NCBI GenBank assembly: GCA_964247135.1
Contig: CAXTTL010000028.1
Location: forward strand, 1-31,284
Source of the DNA: an uncultured Deinococcales bacterium
GTDB taxonomy: Bacteria > Deinococcota > Deinococci > Deinococcales > JAAFIG01
DNA length: 31,284 nt
Direction of reading: 5' to 3'
Made by a program: the position numbers and the translations under genes. The notes beneath the pieces are model-generated. The model was given only the letters and a program-made list of their open reading frames with translations. It did not search any database and was not told where the DNA came from. Of this stretch, positions 1 to 9,073 are shown in pieces. The first letter of the stretch is position 1; each line of letters starts with the position of its first letter.

Positions 1-773
1 CTGGCGATGGCGGTGGCAACGCGGTACATGACGTAAGCCCTGAAGCCAGGGTCGGACATGATCGTGCTCGGGATGGCTCTCACCTCATCCCTAAACCTCG
101 AGGGGTCTTGGGGCGGGTCTGGCGGCTCGTTTGTCAAGCCGTAGACGTTCCAACCAACCGTAAAAACCAGGGCGCCCAAAGCAAAAATTAGGGTGTAATC
201 GAAGGGAAAGACCAAACTCGAGGACAGGATGGCACGTACCAAAAATCCTGCCAGCAACGCCAGCAAACCGCCCCAGAGGTTGCGAATCCCAAAAAACTTT
301 GATCGCTCCTTGGCGGGAATGGTTTTGGCAGCCACCTCAAACCACGGCAGCCCACTGATGCCAGACGAGAGCGAATTGATCAACAAACCCAGCAAAAACA
401 TCACCAGCAAAAGTGTGTGGTTGCCCGAAAAAATCACGCTCGAGAGGACAATAAAGATCATGCTGGCAGTGCGGGCAAAAGCGGTTTTTTGATAGACCAC
501 AATCTTGCGCGGCAAATGCCTGATCTTGCTGGCAACCAGCAATTGTGGCAGCAACCAACCGCCCACGGTAATGGCAGGCAGCGCCCCGATCACGCTGTTA
601 CTCGCGCCCAAGGCGGCGGCGAAACTCGAGAGGACAATCGACTGATTGAAAAAACCGTCGCCCATCGAAACGAACCAGCCGTTCAAAACCCCGTACAGGT
701 AATTGCGATTCCAGCCAAACAAACGCTCGAGTCGGACAAAAATTGGCTCGAGCAGTGATGGCGCAGCTTTCAT
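1..773 (-). CDS. MFS transporter, 5' part (runs off the left edge)
   Basis: Not in the ORF track. My translation from ATG 773 (MKAAPSLLEPIFVRLERLFGWNRNYLYGVLNGWFVSMGDGFF...AAALGASNSVIGALPAITVGGWLLPQLLVA...TIPAKERSKFFGIRN) is open to the edge, has several hydrophobic helices and an MFS-like motif. TATGAT lies 6 nt before the ATG. Confidence 0.85.
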   Translation of the reverse strand, partial: MKAAPSLLEPIFVRLERLFGWNRNYLYGVLNGWFVSMGDGFFNQSIVLSSFAAALGASNSVIGALPAITVGGWLLPQLLVASKIRHLPRKIVVYQKTAFARTASMIFIVLSSVIFSGNHTLLLVMFLLGLLINSLSSGISGLPWFEVAAKTIPAKERSKFFGIRNLWGGLLALLAGFLVRAILSSSLVFPFDYTLIFALGALVFTVGWNVYGLTNEPPDPPQDPSRFRDEVRAIPSTIMSDPGFRAYVMYRVATAIA

Positions 774-878
774 GCCGAGATCATAACGCCTCAAAAATAA
801 CGTGTCTCTGAGCTTACCCTTAAAAAACGGTCATTTTGCACGCCCAACCCAGAATGAACGCGGTATAGTGATTCGAAG

Positions 879-1532
879 ATGACTGCCGCTGACCCACGTC
901 CAACTGTGCTGATCGTTGAGGATGACACCTCATTGCAAAGTGTGCTCGAGGCGCTGCTCGGGCGAGATTACCGCGTCACCATTGTCGGTGACGGCAAAGA
1001 GGCTTTGGAGCACTTGCAGTGGGACACGCCAAACCTGGTGATTTTGGATGTCACGATCCCACACGTCGACGGCTTGGACATCTGCTCGAGAATCAAACGC
1101 ATCAAACGCTTTCGTGACACCCGCGTGATCGTCATGACCGCCAGCATGGACGAACGCACCCACGACGCCGCGAACCTTGCCAAAGCCGATGCTTTTGTCA
1201 GCAAACCCATCGTCAACGAGCATTTTCGCAAACTGGTACGCGATTTACTCAACAAATCTGGCACGCCAAAATCCTTTACCGATTCGGCTTTTACCGGCAG
1301 CCTCGCCGATTCCAGCGCAGACCGAACACCACCAAGCTCGAGCAAAACAACCTCTGAAACAATGATCGCCAAAAATCAAAGCGGCATCATCAAAGCCACA
1401 TTCGACGAATCTGGATTCGCGCCAACAGCTTCAGAAACAGCCAACGCCCATGCCAACCTGTTTGAAGAATGGGACGACTCGAGCAAGGATGAGGGCGCAG
1501 CTCACATTTCCAAAGACAATTCCAGCTTTTGA
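879..1532 (+). CDS. Response regulator receiver domain with a low-complexity C-terminal tail
   Basis: VLIVEDD, VILD (phospho-Asp), MTA and SKP motifs. The last ~90 aa are S/T/D-rich with no recognisable output domain. Confidence 0.9.
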   Translation: MTAADPRPTVLIVEDDTSLQSVLEALLGRDYRVTIVGDGKEALEHLQWDTPNLVILDVTIPHVDGLDICSRIKRIKRFRDTRVIVMTASMDERTHDAANLAKADAFVSKPIVNEHFRKLVRDLLNKSGTPKSFTDSAFTGSLADSSADRTPPSSSKTTSETMIAKNQSGIIKATFDESGFAPTASETANAHANLFEEWDDSSKDEGAAHISKDNSSF

Positions 1533-2149
1533 TGCCGCCAGAATTGCTCGGTTTAAGTTTGGGCGTGGCGGCAGGCATCAGCCCAGGACCGCTGCTCAGC
1601 TTGGTCATGCGCACCAGCCTCGAGCGCGGCTTTTGGGCGGGCGTTCGGGTGGCGCTGTCACCACTTTTGACCGATGCGCCAATTATTGCCCTGTGTTTGC
1701 TGCTGATCAACGCCCTGCCCGCCAGTTTTACTGTTTTGCTGGGGTTATTCGGTGGCGCGTTTGTGATTTACCTTGGCATCGAAGGCATCAAAGCCGCTGG
1801 GCACGCCAGCCTCGTGCAACCTGAACCCATCAAGCAATCCCAAGATTTTTTGCGCGGCGCACTGGTGAATATTCTCAGTCCGCACCCGTGGTTGTTCTGG
1901 CTCGGTGTCGGTGCTCCGACCTTGCACAACGCCTACCAACTGGGGATTCTTCATGCCGCAGGTTTTTTGCTGGGATTCTTTAGCTTGCTGATCGGCATGA
2001 AAATCGGTTTGGCATTTCTGATCTCGAGCGGCAAACGGTTCTTGACACTTAAAACCTACAAAGCCGCGCTGTATTTCTCGAGCGCGTTAATGTTTCTGGC
2101 AGGTTTTATTTTGATGCTCGAAACCGTGCGCAACCTGCTCAAAATCTAG
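1532..2149 (+). CDS. LysE/RhtB family translocator
   Basis: SPGP motif, FLRGALVNILSPHPWLFW, hydrophobic throughout. The ATG overlaps the upstream stop (TGATG). Confidence 0.9.
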   Translation: MPPELLGLSLGVAAGISPGPLLSLVMRTSLERGFWAGVRVALSPLLTDAPIIALCLLLINALPASFTVLLGLFGGAFVIYLGIEGIKAAGHASLVQPEPIKQSQDFLRGALVNILSPHPWLFWLGVGAPTLHNAYQLGILHAAGFLLGFFSLLIGMKIGLAFLISSGKRFLTLKTYKAALYFSSALMFLAGFILMLETVRNLLKI

Positions 2150-2169
2150 CTCGAGTTGTCCTTTTTGCC

Positions 2170-2213
2170 TGTGGATAAGCTGTGGACAAGGCTTGTGGAT
2201 AACCTGTGGATAA
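2170..2213 (-). promoter_or_regulatory. Cluster of four co-oriented DnaA boxes
   Basis: TGTGGATAA at 2170, 2194 and 2205 and TGTGGACAA at 2181 (reverse complements of TTATCCACA and TTGTCCACA). Confidence 0.8.
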
Positions 2214-2214
2214 C

Positions 2215-2248
2215 AAAAAAGCATCTCGAGCATGGATGCTCGAGATGC
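2215..2248 (-). terminator. Intrinsic terminator downstream of bamA, stem built from two CTCGAG sites
   Basis: GCATCTCGAGCAT-GG-ATGCTCGAGATGC is a perfect inverted repeat. The preceding AAAAAA gives a U-tract on the minus strand. Confidence 0.75.
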
Positions 2249-2281
2249 CTGATTGCTTGACCAGATTGTGGTTGGATGCTC

Positions 2282-2306
2282 GGGTGAACACAAGGTTCTC
2301 CCCTAC
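2282..2306 (-). repeat. GTAG-type REP element (class B)
   Basis: Minus strand reads GTAGGGGAGAACCTTGTGTTCACCC, i.e. GTAG plus a hairpin. A related copy is at 25879-25903. Confidence 0.65.
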
Positions 2307-2338
2307 AAATGCTTTGCTCACTGCTAATCGCTATTTAC

Positions 2339-5023
2339 TCAGAACGGAAAGCCCAACCTGAAGTGAAACTTACCGCCTGGATTCCAAGGGCTGAAAGCGT
2401 AATCAAGGCGAATCGCTGGCAGTTGGAACGAACCAAATCCCAAGTTGATTTGAACACCCAGACCAAAACCGAACTGCAAACCCTCGGGAATGGCGACACC
2501 ATTGCGTGAAGCGCGGAATTCCACGCCAGAACCGCCACCCCAGGCATTACCAAAATCGAGGAAAGCAATCCCCAGCAACCCATATGTGAACGAGGTTTGC
2601 AAACCAAAATCGTAACGAAGCTCGAGCGAACCCGTGTAAAACAACTGTCCGCGAAGGTCGTTAAAGTCGTAACCGCGCAAGGTGTAATCCTCGAGTTGAG
2701 AACTGCCACCGATGCGGAACAAACGGTTGGCTGGCGCGTCACCCGCAATAAAACCAGTGTTAAACCTGAAGGCGAGGGCAAATTTTCGGTCATCACCGAT
2801 GTCAAACTTACCGTTTTGATCCCAACCAAAACCCAAGTACGTGCGGAAACCGACCGTGGTTTGCTCCCAGGAAAGTGGTTTTTCGGTACTCGAGCCAATG
2901 CCCGCCGTACCAAAACCGTAACCCACTGTGCCAGTCACGAGCACACCTTGGGTTGGGAAGTCTTGGCGGTTTTTGGTGCTGAACTGCCCTGCGACCTGCG
3001 TAAAGACCGTCAAGTTGTCTGGCGCATTTGCTTTTAACGCCGCGATGGCAGGGTCAACACAATTGGGGTCAATCGTTCGATCACAAGTCTGATTGGCTTG
3101 ATAAGGTGTGGTTGACGGATTGGTTGCTGCTGGGAGTTTGCTGTTATCGGTCTCGAGGTAATTGGATTCGTAACTGAAATCAAAACTGACCCGAACACTG
3201 AAGTTCTCGCCAATCGGTCTTGAAACGCTAAACCCAAAACCCGTAGAACGCGCCGAATACAATCGCGGCGAATTTTTGTTCGAATCGACCACCGCGTAGT
3301 TTGGAATCGGGTTACTGGCGCTGACGCTGGTCGAGATGCTGAAGGTCACCTCGGTACGCGTCTCGCGGAAGTCCAAAAAGTCGATGTCGAGCCACGGGAT
3401 GGTGTACGACAAGCCGCCCGAGAAGGTCTGACCCGCATTGTTTGGACCGCCCTGAATGCCCAAATTGATACGGTGGTTCTGACCCCACAGGTTTTGCTCG
3501 GTCACGCTGAGTTGCCCCGCAAAACCGTCCAAAGTGCTGTAGGTGATGCCTGGAACAATATTGCCCGAAGACCCTTCCTCGAGTCCCAGGGTCAAAATGA
3601 TCTCGTAGGGTTTGCTGGGATCGGGAATTTTCACGCCCACCTGCAAGTCTTTTAATAAACCCAGTTGTTGAATGCGTCCGAAACTGGCACGCAAGGCGGT
3701 GATGTTAAACAAACCGCCCACTTTGGGCAATTCGCGGGTGATCACGCGGTTGTCGGTGCGGTGATAGCCCTTCCAGTTGATTTCGTAACCGATCAGTTTT
3801 TGTTCCTGAATGGTCACGGTGTAAATACCGTCGCTGAAGCCAAACTTGGGTTCTGGAACGATGCCGTAACCCGCCTCTTGATAGGCGTCATTGATTGCCG
3901 CAAAATCTTCTTCGGCAAGTTTGGGATTGTAGGTATCGCCAACTTTTTGCTTGAACCGTGCCAGCAAAACCCTGCTTGGCACAGCCGTGTTGCCCTGAAT
4001 GTTGATGCTGGTGATTGGACCCGCCGCCGCATCCTCGAGCGTCAGGGTCACGATCAGGGTGTCCTCGCCGGCGGGTTCGATCTTGACCCCGATTTGCTTG
4101 TCACGACCTTTGGCGAGACGCCCAATGTCTTTTAAGAGCGTGTCGTAATTGAAAAAATCGCCCGTCTTGAGGCTGAGTTCGTCTGGGTTCACACCGAGCG
4201 CGGTGGCATCGACGGCGGCAATTTTGTATTCGATGATCCGAATGGTCAGCACGCCATCAACCAGTTTGCTGAGTTCAAAACTGGGACCGCTGTAACGGTA
4301 ACCCAAAGCCGTGTATTTGGCTCGGACGGCTTGGGCGGCATTCTGATAGACATCGGCTTTGAACGCCCCACCGTCCACCATCGACTTGTACAACGCCTTG
4401 ATGTCGGCGACGGGCACGAGGGTCGCGCCGACCACCTCGAGCGACTTGATGCTGGCGGATTCGGTGACGTTAAAGGTCACGGTTTGCTTGCCGTCTTTGA
4501 TCGCACCAAGCTCGATTTTAACTTCAGGCTCGAAGGGCAGCACTTGCCTGTAGGCTTGCGCCACGGCGGTGGCAGCCTCTTTGAGTTTGGGTTCATTGAC
4601 AGTCACACCGACGCCAATATTAAAGTTCTTATCCAAGAAATCGATCAATTGGCTGCTGGGCACAATCGCGTTGCCGGTAAAGATCACCTCACCAATCACA
4701 GGGTTGGACTCGACGGCAATCACCACCACATTGCGCCCTGCCCGAACCTCGAGCGTGACTTTGACGGTTTTAAAAAACCCGAGCGCCAGCAATTGATTCT
4801 GAATGTCCTCGGCTTTGACGTTCTCGACCGGATCGCCAACGCTGATGTCGATGGTCACTTTGACCAGACCTTTGATCGTGTCGTCGTCCGTGCCGGTCAC
4901 GATAATTTCATCGATTGAACCTGTCGGCGGCGCGGGTTGGGTTTGAGCGAATGCCGTACCCAGGCTCGAGATCAACCCGAACCAGCACAGCAATAGGATA
5001 GCGATATGACGGACTTTAGGCAT
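2339..5023 (-). CDS. bamA: Outer membrane protein assembly factor BamA (Omp85), POTRA repeats plus beta-barrel
   Basis: Signal peptide MPKVRHIAILLLCW...AFAQ, repeated POTRA motifs (IFTGN, IQGNT), EQNLWG, LRGY loop motif and terminal Phe. GGAGG at 5034-5038 supports a start at 5023 rather than 5164. Confidence 0.92.
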   Translation of the reverse strand: MPKVRHIAILLLCWFGLISSLGTAFAQTQPAPPTGSIDEIIVTGTDDDTIKGLVKVTIDISVGDPVENVKAEDIQNQLLALGFFKTVKVTLEVRAGRNVVVIAVESNPVIGEVIFTGNAIVPSSQLIDFLDKNFNIGVGVTVNEPKLKEAATAVAQAYRQVLPFEPEVKIELGAIKDGKQTVTFNVTESASIKSLEVVGATLVPVADIKALYKSMVDGGAFKADVYQNAAQAVRAKYTALGYRYSGPSFELSKLVDGVLTIRIIEYKIAAVDATALGVNPDELSLKTGDFFNYDTLLKDIGRLAKGRDKQIGVKIEPAGEDTLIVTLTLEDAAAGPITSINIQGNTAVPSRVLLARFKQKVGDTYNPKLAEEDFAAINDAYQEAGYGIVPEPKFGFSDGIYTVTIQEQKLIGYEINWKGYHRTDNRVITRELPKVGGLFNITALRASFGRIQQLGLLKDLQVGVKIPDPSKPYEIILTLGLEEGSSGNIVPGITYSTLDGFAGQLSVTEQNLWGQNHRINLGIQGGPNNAGQTFSGGLSYTIPWLDIDFLDFRETRTEVTFSISTSVSASNPIPNYAVVDSNKNSPRLYSARSTGFGFSVSRPIGENFSVRVSFDFSYESNYLETDNSKLPAATNPSTTPYQANQTCDRTIDPNCVDPAIAALKANAPDNLTVFTQVAGQFSTKNRQDFPTQGVLVTGTVGYGFGTAGIGSSTEKPLSWEQTTVGFRTYLGFGWDQNGKFDIGDDRKFALAFRFNTGFIAGDAPANRLFRIGGSSQLEDYTLRGYDFNDLRGQLFYTGSLELRYDFGLQTSFTYGLLGIAFLDFGNAWGGGSGVEFRASRNGVAIPEGLQFGFGLGVQINLGFGSFQLPAIRLDYAFSPWNPGGKFHFRLGFPF

Positions 5024-5427
5024 TGATTGACATCCTCCAACGTGTCGCGCCACAAAATCGTTTCTGTGGTTCGCGTTGCTCGAGCGTCCCCGAGCGGGTG
5101 CTGCTATAAAACCATAAATACTGGAAGAGCATAAAACGTTTGTGAACTTGTTTTGATTCATCAAGTCTTTACATGTGATGTTTCCAAGTTTCCATGCACA
5201 GCTTTAGGCTTTCAACAATCAAAATTGAGCCACCGGAATTCCTTCAAAAGTGTCGCCCATTCCCGTATAGGAGCGGTGAAGCACCCGTGAGAACCCTGAT
5301 TTGAAAATTGAGCAACCCTTAACCCTGTGCTGCTCGAGATTTCGCGTTGCAATCATACCTGGTTTTTTGAGGGCGAGGCGATTTTTCGTAACGCCAAATG
5401 CTTTGTCCTTAAGCTAAGATGTGAGCC

Positions 5428-6261
5428 ATGAGTGAAATCACCAGCACAATCGCCTCGAGTTTGGCGGCGGCTCGAGCCATCACCGACTTTCAACCCGAAA
5501 TCGCCATCATTTTGGGATCGGGACTTGGACCGCTCGCCGAAGACATCGACAGCCAAACAGGAGCCGTGATTCCTTACGCCGACCTGCCAGGTTTCCCAGT
5601 GTCCACCGCGCCAGGACACGCTGGCAAGGCTGTGCTTGGAATGCTCGAGGGCAAACGCGTGATCGCCTTTCAGGGGCGTGTGCACTTGTACGAGGGTTAC
5701 AACGCCAAAGAGGTCGTGCTGCCCGTATCCTTGGCGCACGGGCTGGGCGCGAAAACCCTGTTTGTCTCCAATGCCTGCGGCGGTTTAAACCCTGCCTGGG
5801 AGGCGGGCGACATCATGCTGCAAAACGATTTCATCAATTTTACAGGCACAAACCCGCTGCTTGGACCCAACGACTCGAGCCTCGGACCACGGTTCTTGCC
5901 GCTCATGGGTGGTTACGACCGCGACCTCGCCAGCATCGCCCGTGAAGCCGCTCGAGCTTGCGACCTGGCACTCCGAGAAGGCGTCTACCTGGGCATTACC
6001 GGACCCATGTACGCCCCCAAAGCCGAGTTGCGCATGTACCGCCAGTGGGGCGCGGACGCCATCGGCATGAGCACCGTGCTCGAGGTGATTCAAGCGCTGT
6101 ACCTGGGAATGCGGGTGCTGGGTTTGTCCAGCGTGACCGACATGGCGATTGCCGACCGCGAGGACCACTCGGAGACCAACGAGCAAGCCGTGATTGAACA
6201 GGCGCAAAAAACTGGACCAAATTTTAGAAAACTGGTGAAAAGCATTATCCGTAGGATGTGA
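5428..6261 (+). CDS. punA: Purine nucleoside phosphorylase (trimeric PNP family)
   Basis: ILGSGLG, PGHAG, QGRVHLYEGY, NACGG and GADAIGMST motifs. TAAGAT lies 7 nt before the ATG. Confidence 0.92.
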   Translation: MSEITSTIASSLAAARAITDFQPEIAIILGSGLGPLAEDIDSQTGAVIPYADLPGFPVSTAPGHAGKAVLGMLEGKRVIAFQGRVHLYEGYNAKEVVLPVSLAHGLGAKTLFVSNACGGLNPAWEAGDIMLQNDFINFTGTNPLLGPNDSSLGPRFLPLMGGYDRDLASIAREAARACDLALREGVYLGITGPMYAPKAELRMYRQWGADAIGMSTVLEVIQALYLGMRVLGLSSVTDMAIADREDHSETNEQAVIEQAQKTGPNFRKLVKSIIRRM

Positions 6262-6319
6262 CCGAAGCTCGAGTTTGCTTACTGTTCAGCTTCATCTTTA
6301 CCCGTTAACCTGTACGTTC

Positions 6320-6958
6320 ATGCTGCCGGAAATTTTAAAGAAAATCTATTCCACCTGCGCTCGGGTCGGACGCGACCCGAAAACCGTGCAATTAATCGCC
6401 GTGACCAAAACCAAAACCGTTGCCGAAATACAGAATTTCATCCTCGAGTACGGCAATTTTGCGCTCGGCGAGAACCGAGTGCAAGAGGCATTGCCCAAAC
6501 TCGAGGCGCTGCCAAATGCCGAATTTCACATGCTGGGACAATTGCAAACCAACAAAGTCAAATTCTGCAAAGATTTTAAACTGCTGCACGGCGTGGACAA
6601 CACCAGAATCCTCGAGGAACTTAGCAAACGTGGCGAAGCCTGGGGTTTTGTGCCGCCAGTGCTGCTCGAGATCAACATTGCCAGGGAACCCCAGAAACAC
6701 GGTTTGATGCCCGAAGATGTCGCGGGGGTGCTCGGTGTGGCTCGAGAATTAAACGTGAACGTGCGCGGCTTGATGACCGTCGCCCCGATTGCCCCAGAAG
6801 AAGTTGTGCAAACCGTTTTCCATGACTTACGTCTGATGCGTGATACCCTAGGACTCGAGGAACTGTCCATGGGAATGAGCGATGATTTTGTGCTGGCAAT
6901 AGAACAAGGAGCGACCATGCTTCGTATCGGACGTGCACTGTACGAGGCAGCCTCATGA
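6320..6958 (+). CDS. yggS: PLP homeostasis protein YggS/PLPBP
   Basis: LIAVTK, GENRVQE, GQLQTNKVK, GLMT, LSMGMSDDF and GATMLRIG motifs. ATG 6320 preferred over TTG 6275. Confidence 0.95.
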   Translation: MLPEILKKIYSTCARVGRDPKTVQLIAVTKTKTVAEIQNFILEYGNFALGENRVQEALPKLEALPNAEFHMLGQLQTNKVKFCKDFKLLHGVDNTRILEELSKRGEAWGFVPPVLLEINIAREPQKHGLMPEDVAGVLGVARELNVNVRGLMTVAPIAPEEVVQTVFHDLRLMRDTLGLEELSMGMSDDFVLAIEQGATMLRIGRALYEAAS

Positions 6959-7446
6959 AATACACGCCCTTGGATGTCCGCCACAAAGAATTTGCCAACC
7001 AAATGGGCGGTTACAGCAAACGCGAAGTCAAAGAATTCCTGGCTGCCGTCGGCGACGACTTTGAGGAGATGGAACGCCAACACCGTGGAATGCAAGAACG
7101 CTTGTTAACCCTCGAGAATCAAGTCAACGAACTTCGTCAAGGCGAAGAAAGCCTGCGCCGCGTGGTGGTCAGTGCCGAACGCATCGGCAACGAGATGAAA
7201 CAAAACGCCGAACGCGACGCCGCCGTGACCCTCAAAGACGCCGAAACCCGTTCTGCCGCCATGCTCGCCGAAGCCGAAAGCGCCAAAGAACATTTGTACC
7301 GCGAGGCGCTCTCCAAAGCTCGAGACATTCGCCTTGATATTGAACGCGTGCGCAGCGAGAAATCCATGTTTTTATCGCAATTTCGGGCGCTGTTAACAAC
7401 GTATCTTGACAGCGTTGAACGGAATGAAGACAAGGGCACGGGATAA
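6955..7446 (+). CDS. divIVA: DivIVA cell division protein
   Basis: N-terminal TPLDVRHKEF...GYSKREVKEFL followed by coiled coil. ATGA overlap with yggS. Confidence 0.93.
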   Translation: MKYTPLDVRHKEFANQMGGYSKREVKEFLAAVGDDFEEMERQHRGMQERLLTLENQVNELRQGEESLRRVVVSAERIGNEMKQNAERDAAVTLKDAETRSAAMLAEAESAKEHLYREALSKARDIRLDIERVRSEKSMFLSQFRALLTTYLDSVERNEDKGTG

Positions 7447-7473
7447 TCAACCAAAAAGCAGCGTGATCTTGTA

Positions 7474-7552
7474 CCCTCTCATCCCCGACCTTCTTGACCC
7501 TGAACGTGCACCTTGCGGGCAGGGTCGCCTTCTCTCCGAGGAGAGAAGGGAG
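7474..7552. repeat. Intergenic CCCTC/GGAGAGAAGGG-type hairpin repeat with a nested hairpin
   Basis: CCTTCTCTCC-GA-GGAGAGAAGG is a perfect inverted repeat (7528-7549). GACCCTG...CAGGGTC forms a second one (7496-7526). Lies between convergent genes. Confidence 0.55.
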
Positions 7553-7586
7553 TTTAATTCCCAACTCGAGAAGCTGAAATATTGTG

Positions 7587-8495
7587 TCATGAACCAAAAA
7601 CCTCGAGCGCTGCCCGAACCGTGTTCGCATGGGCTTCAATGGTCACCTTTGGGTCACGGTTATACCCGCCCGACATCAAACTGACCACCGGAACGCCAGC
7701 GTTTTTGCACCACAAAAAAACGCTGGCATCTCGAGCTTTCGCGCCCGTCAAGCTCAAACTAAACCGTCCAAATCGGTCTTTGGACAGCACGTCCACGCCA
7801 GCAAGGTAAAACACCAGTTCTGGTTTGAACACCTCGAGTGCGGGGAAAACTTGGGTTTTGAGAACGCCAAAATAATCTTCGTCCGTAATCCAATCACTCA
7901 GCCCAACATCCAAACTCGAGCGTTCCTTGTGAAACGGGTAATTGCGTTCACCGTGCACGGACAGCGTGAAGACTCGAGGGTCGGACTCGAAAATATGCGC
8001 CGTGCCGTTGCCCTGATGCACGTCCAAATCGAGTACGAAAATTCGGCTTAAACCCCTGGTTTCAAACAAATCCCGAACCGTGATCGCCACGTCGTTCAGG
8101 GTGCAAAACCCCTCGCCGTGATCTGGGTAGGCGTGGTGTGTGCCGCCTGCCAGATTGATTCCCAAACCTCGCTCGAGTGCATCGTTTGCCGCCATGAGCG
8201 TGCCGCCCGTGGCGCGGAGGGCGCGTTCGACCAAGTTTGGACTCCAGGGCAACCCGAGCAGGCGCAATTCTTTAGGCTCGAGCGTGCCAAAATTCAGTTT
8301 TTTCAGGTACGCCGCGTCATGCACGCGTTCGACCTGCTCCCAGCTTGGGCGCGGCGGGTCTAGAACCTCGAGTTGAGCCGCCAAGGTTTCTCGGACGCCA
8401 GCGTATTTGTACATCGGGAAGCGGTGACCGTCGGGCAGCGCGATGGTGTAGGCGCTGCCCGAATAGGCTCGAAATTTGGATTGAATCAAATTCAA
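7587..8495 (-). CDS. Histone deacetylase family protein (Zn-dependent deacylase)
   Basis: HRFP, GGTHHA, GFC, DLDVHQGNGT, GVD and GGY motifs. Start codon uncertain. Confidence 0.92.
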   Translation of the reverse strand: MNLIQSKFRAYSGSAYTIALPDGHRFPMYKYAGVRETLAAQLEVLDPPRPSWEQVERVHDAAYLKKLNFGTLEPKELRLLGLPWSPNLVERALRATGGTLMAANDALERGLGINLAGGTHHAYPDHGEGFCTLNDVAITVRDLFETRGLSRIFVLDLDVHQGNGTAHIFESDPRVFTLSVHGERNYPFHKERSSLDVGLSDWITDEDYFGVLKTQVFPALEVFKPELVFYLAGVDVLSKDRFGRFSLSLTGAKARDASVFLWCKNAGVPVVSLMSGGYNRDPKVTIEAHANTVRAALEVFGS

Positions 8496-8593
8496 AGTGC
8501 GTTCAGGTTAACGCCTGCGCCAGAAAAACACATCCTCGAGGATTACGGTTGAAATGTTGAATCGGGGTGTTGAAATTGCGGTAATCTTCTCAA

Positions 8594-9073
8594 ATGGAAT
8601 TGCACCTGATTCGCCACGCCGCCGCCGAAATTCCGCACCTTGACTTGCACGACACCGAGCGCAAATTGACCTTGAAGGGCAAAGACCAAGCCAAAGTCCT
8701 GCGCAAAATTCTGCAAACGCTCGAGGTAAATTACGACCTGGTCTTGTGCAGCCCTTGGCGTCGCGCCCGAGAGACCGCCAGTTTGCTCGAACCCGTGGCG
8801 GACAAGCTCGAGCCTTGCGAGTTGTTGGCTCGAGCGCCAAGTGCCGAATTGCAAGAATTGATTGAGGATTTGGCGGGCAAACACAAAACTGTGGCGATGG
8901 TCGGGCATCAACCCTGGATTTCCGAGTTGACGGCGTTGTTGCTGCTCAACGACGCCAGTTTGGGCGACAAATTCGAGTTTAGAAAATCCAGCCTCTACGC
9001 GCTCGAGTGGACGCCACATCAAGCATTTTTGCGTTTTGTCTTGCCGCCTGGCGTGCTGCGCCGACTGCGGTAA
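8594..9073 (+). CDS. sixA: Phosphohistidine phosphatase SixA
   Basis: LIRHA, RKLTLKG, CSPWRRARETA and VGHQP motifs. TAATCT lies 6 nt before the ATG. Confidence 0.88.
   Translation: MELHLIRHAAAEIPHLDLHDTERKLTLKGKDQAKVLRKILQTLEVNYDLVLCSPWRRARETASLLEPVADKLEPCELLARAPSAELQELIEDLAGKHKTVAMVGHQPWISELTALLLLNDASLGDKFEFRKSSLYALEWTPHQAFLRFVLPPGVLRRLR

Noticed and set aside
229-758. Plus-strand ORFs 229-492 and 417-758
   Set aside because: They are antisense shadows of the minus-strand MFS gene.
2170-2213. Calling the DnaA-box cluster oriC
   Set aside because: Only four boxes, no clear AT-rich unwinding element and no replication genes nearby.
5024-5164. 47-aa N-terminal extension of BamA in the ORF track
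   Set aside because: The RBS and signal peptide point to ATG 5023.
5165-5427. Riboswitch or sRNA in the long bamA/PNP intergenic region
   Set aside because: No recognisable motif or strong stem seen by eye; an Rfam search would be needed.
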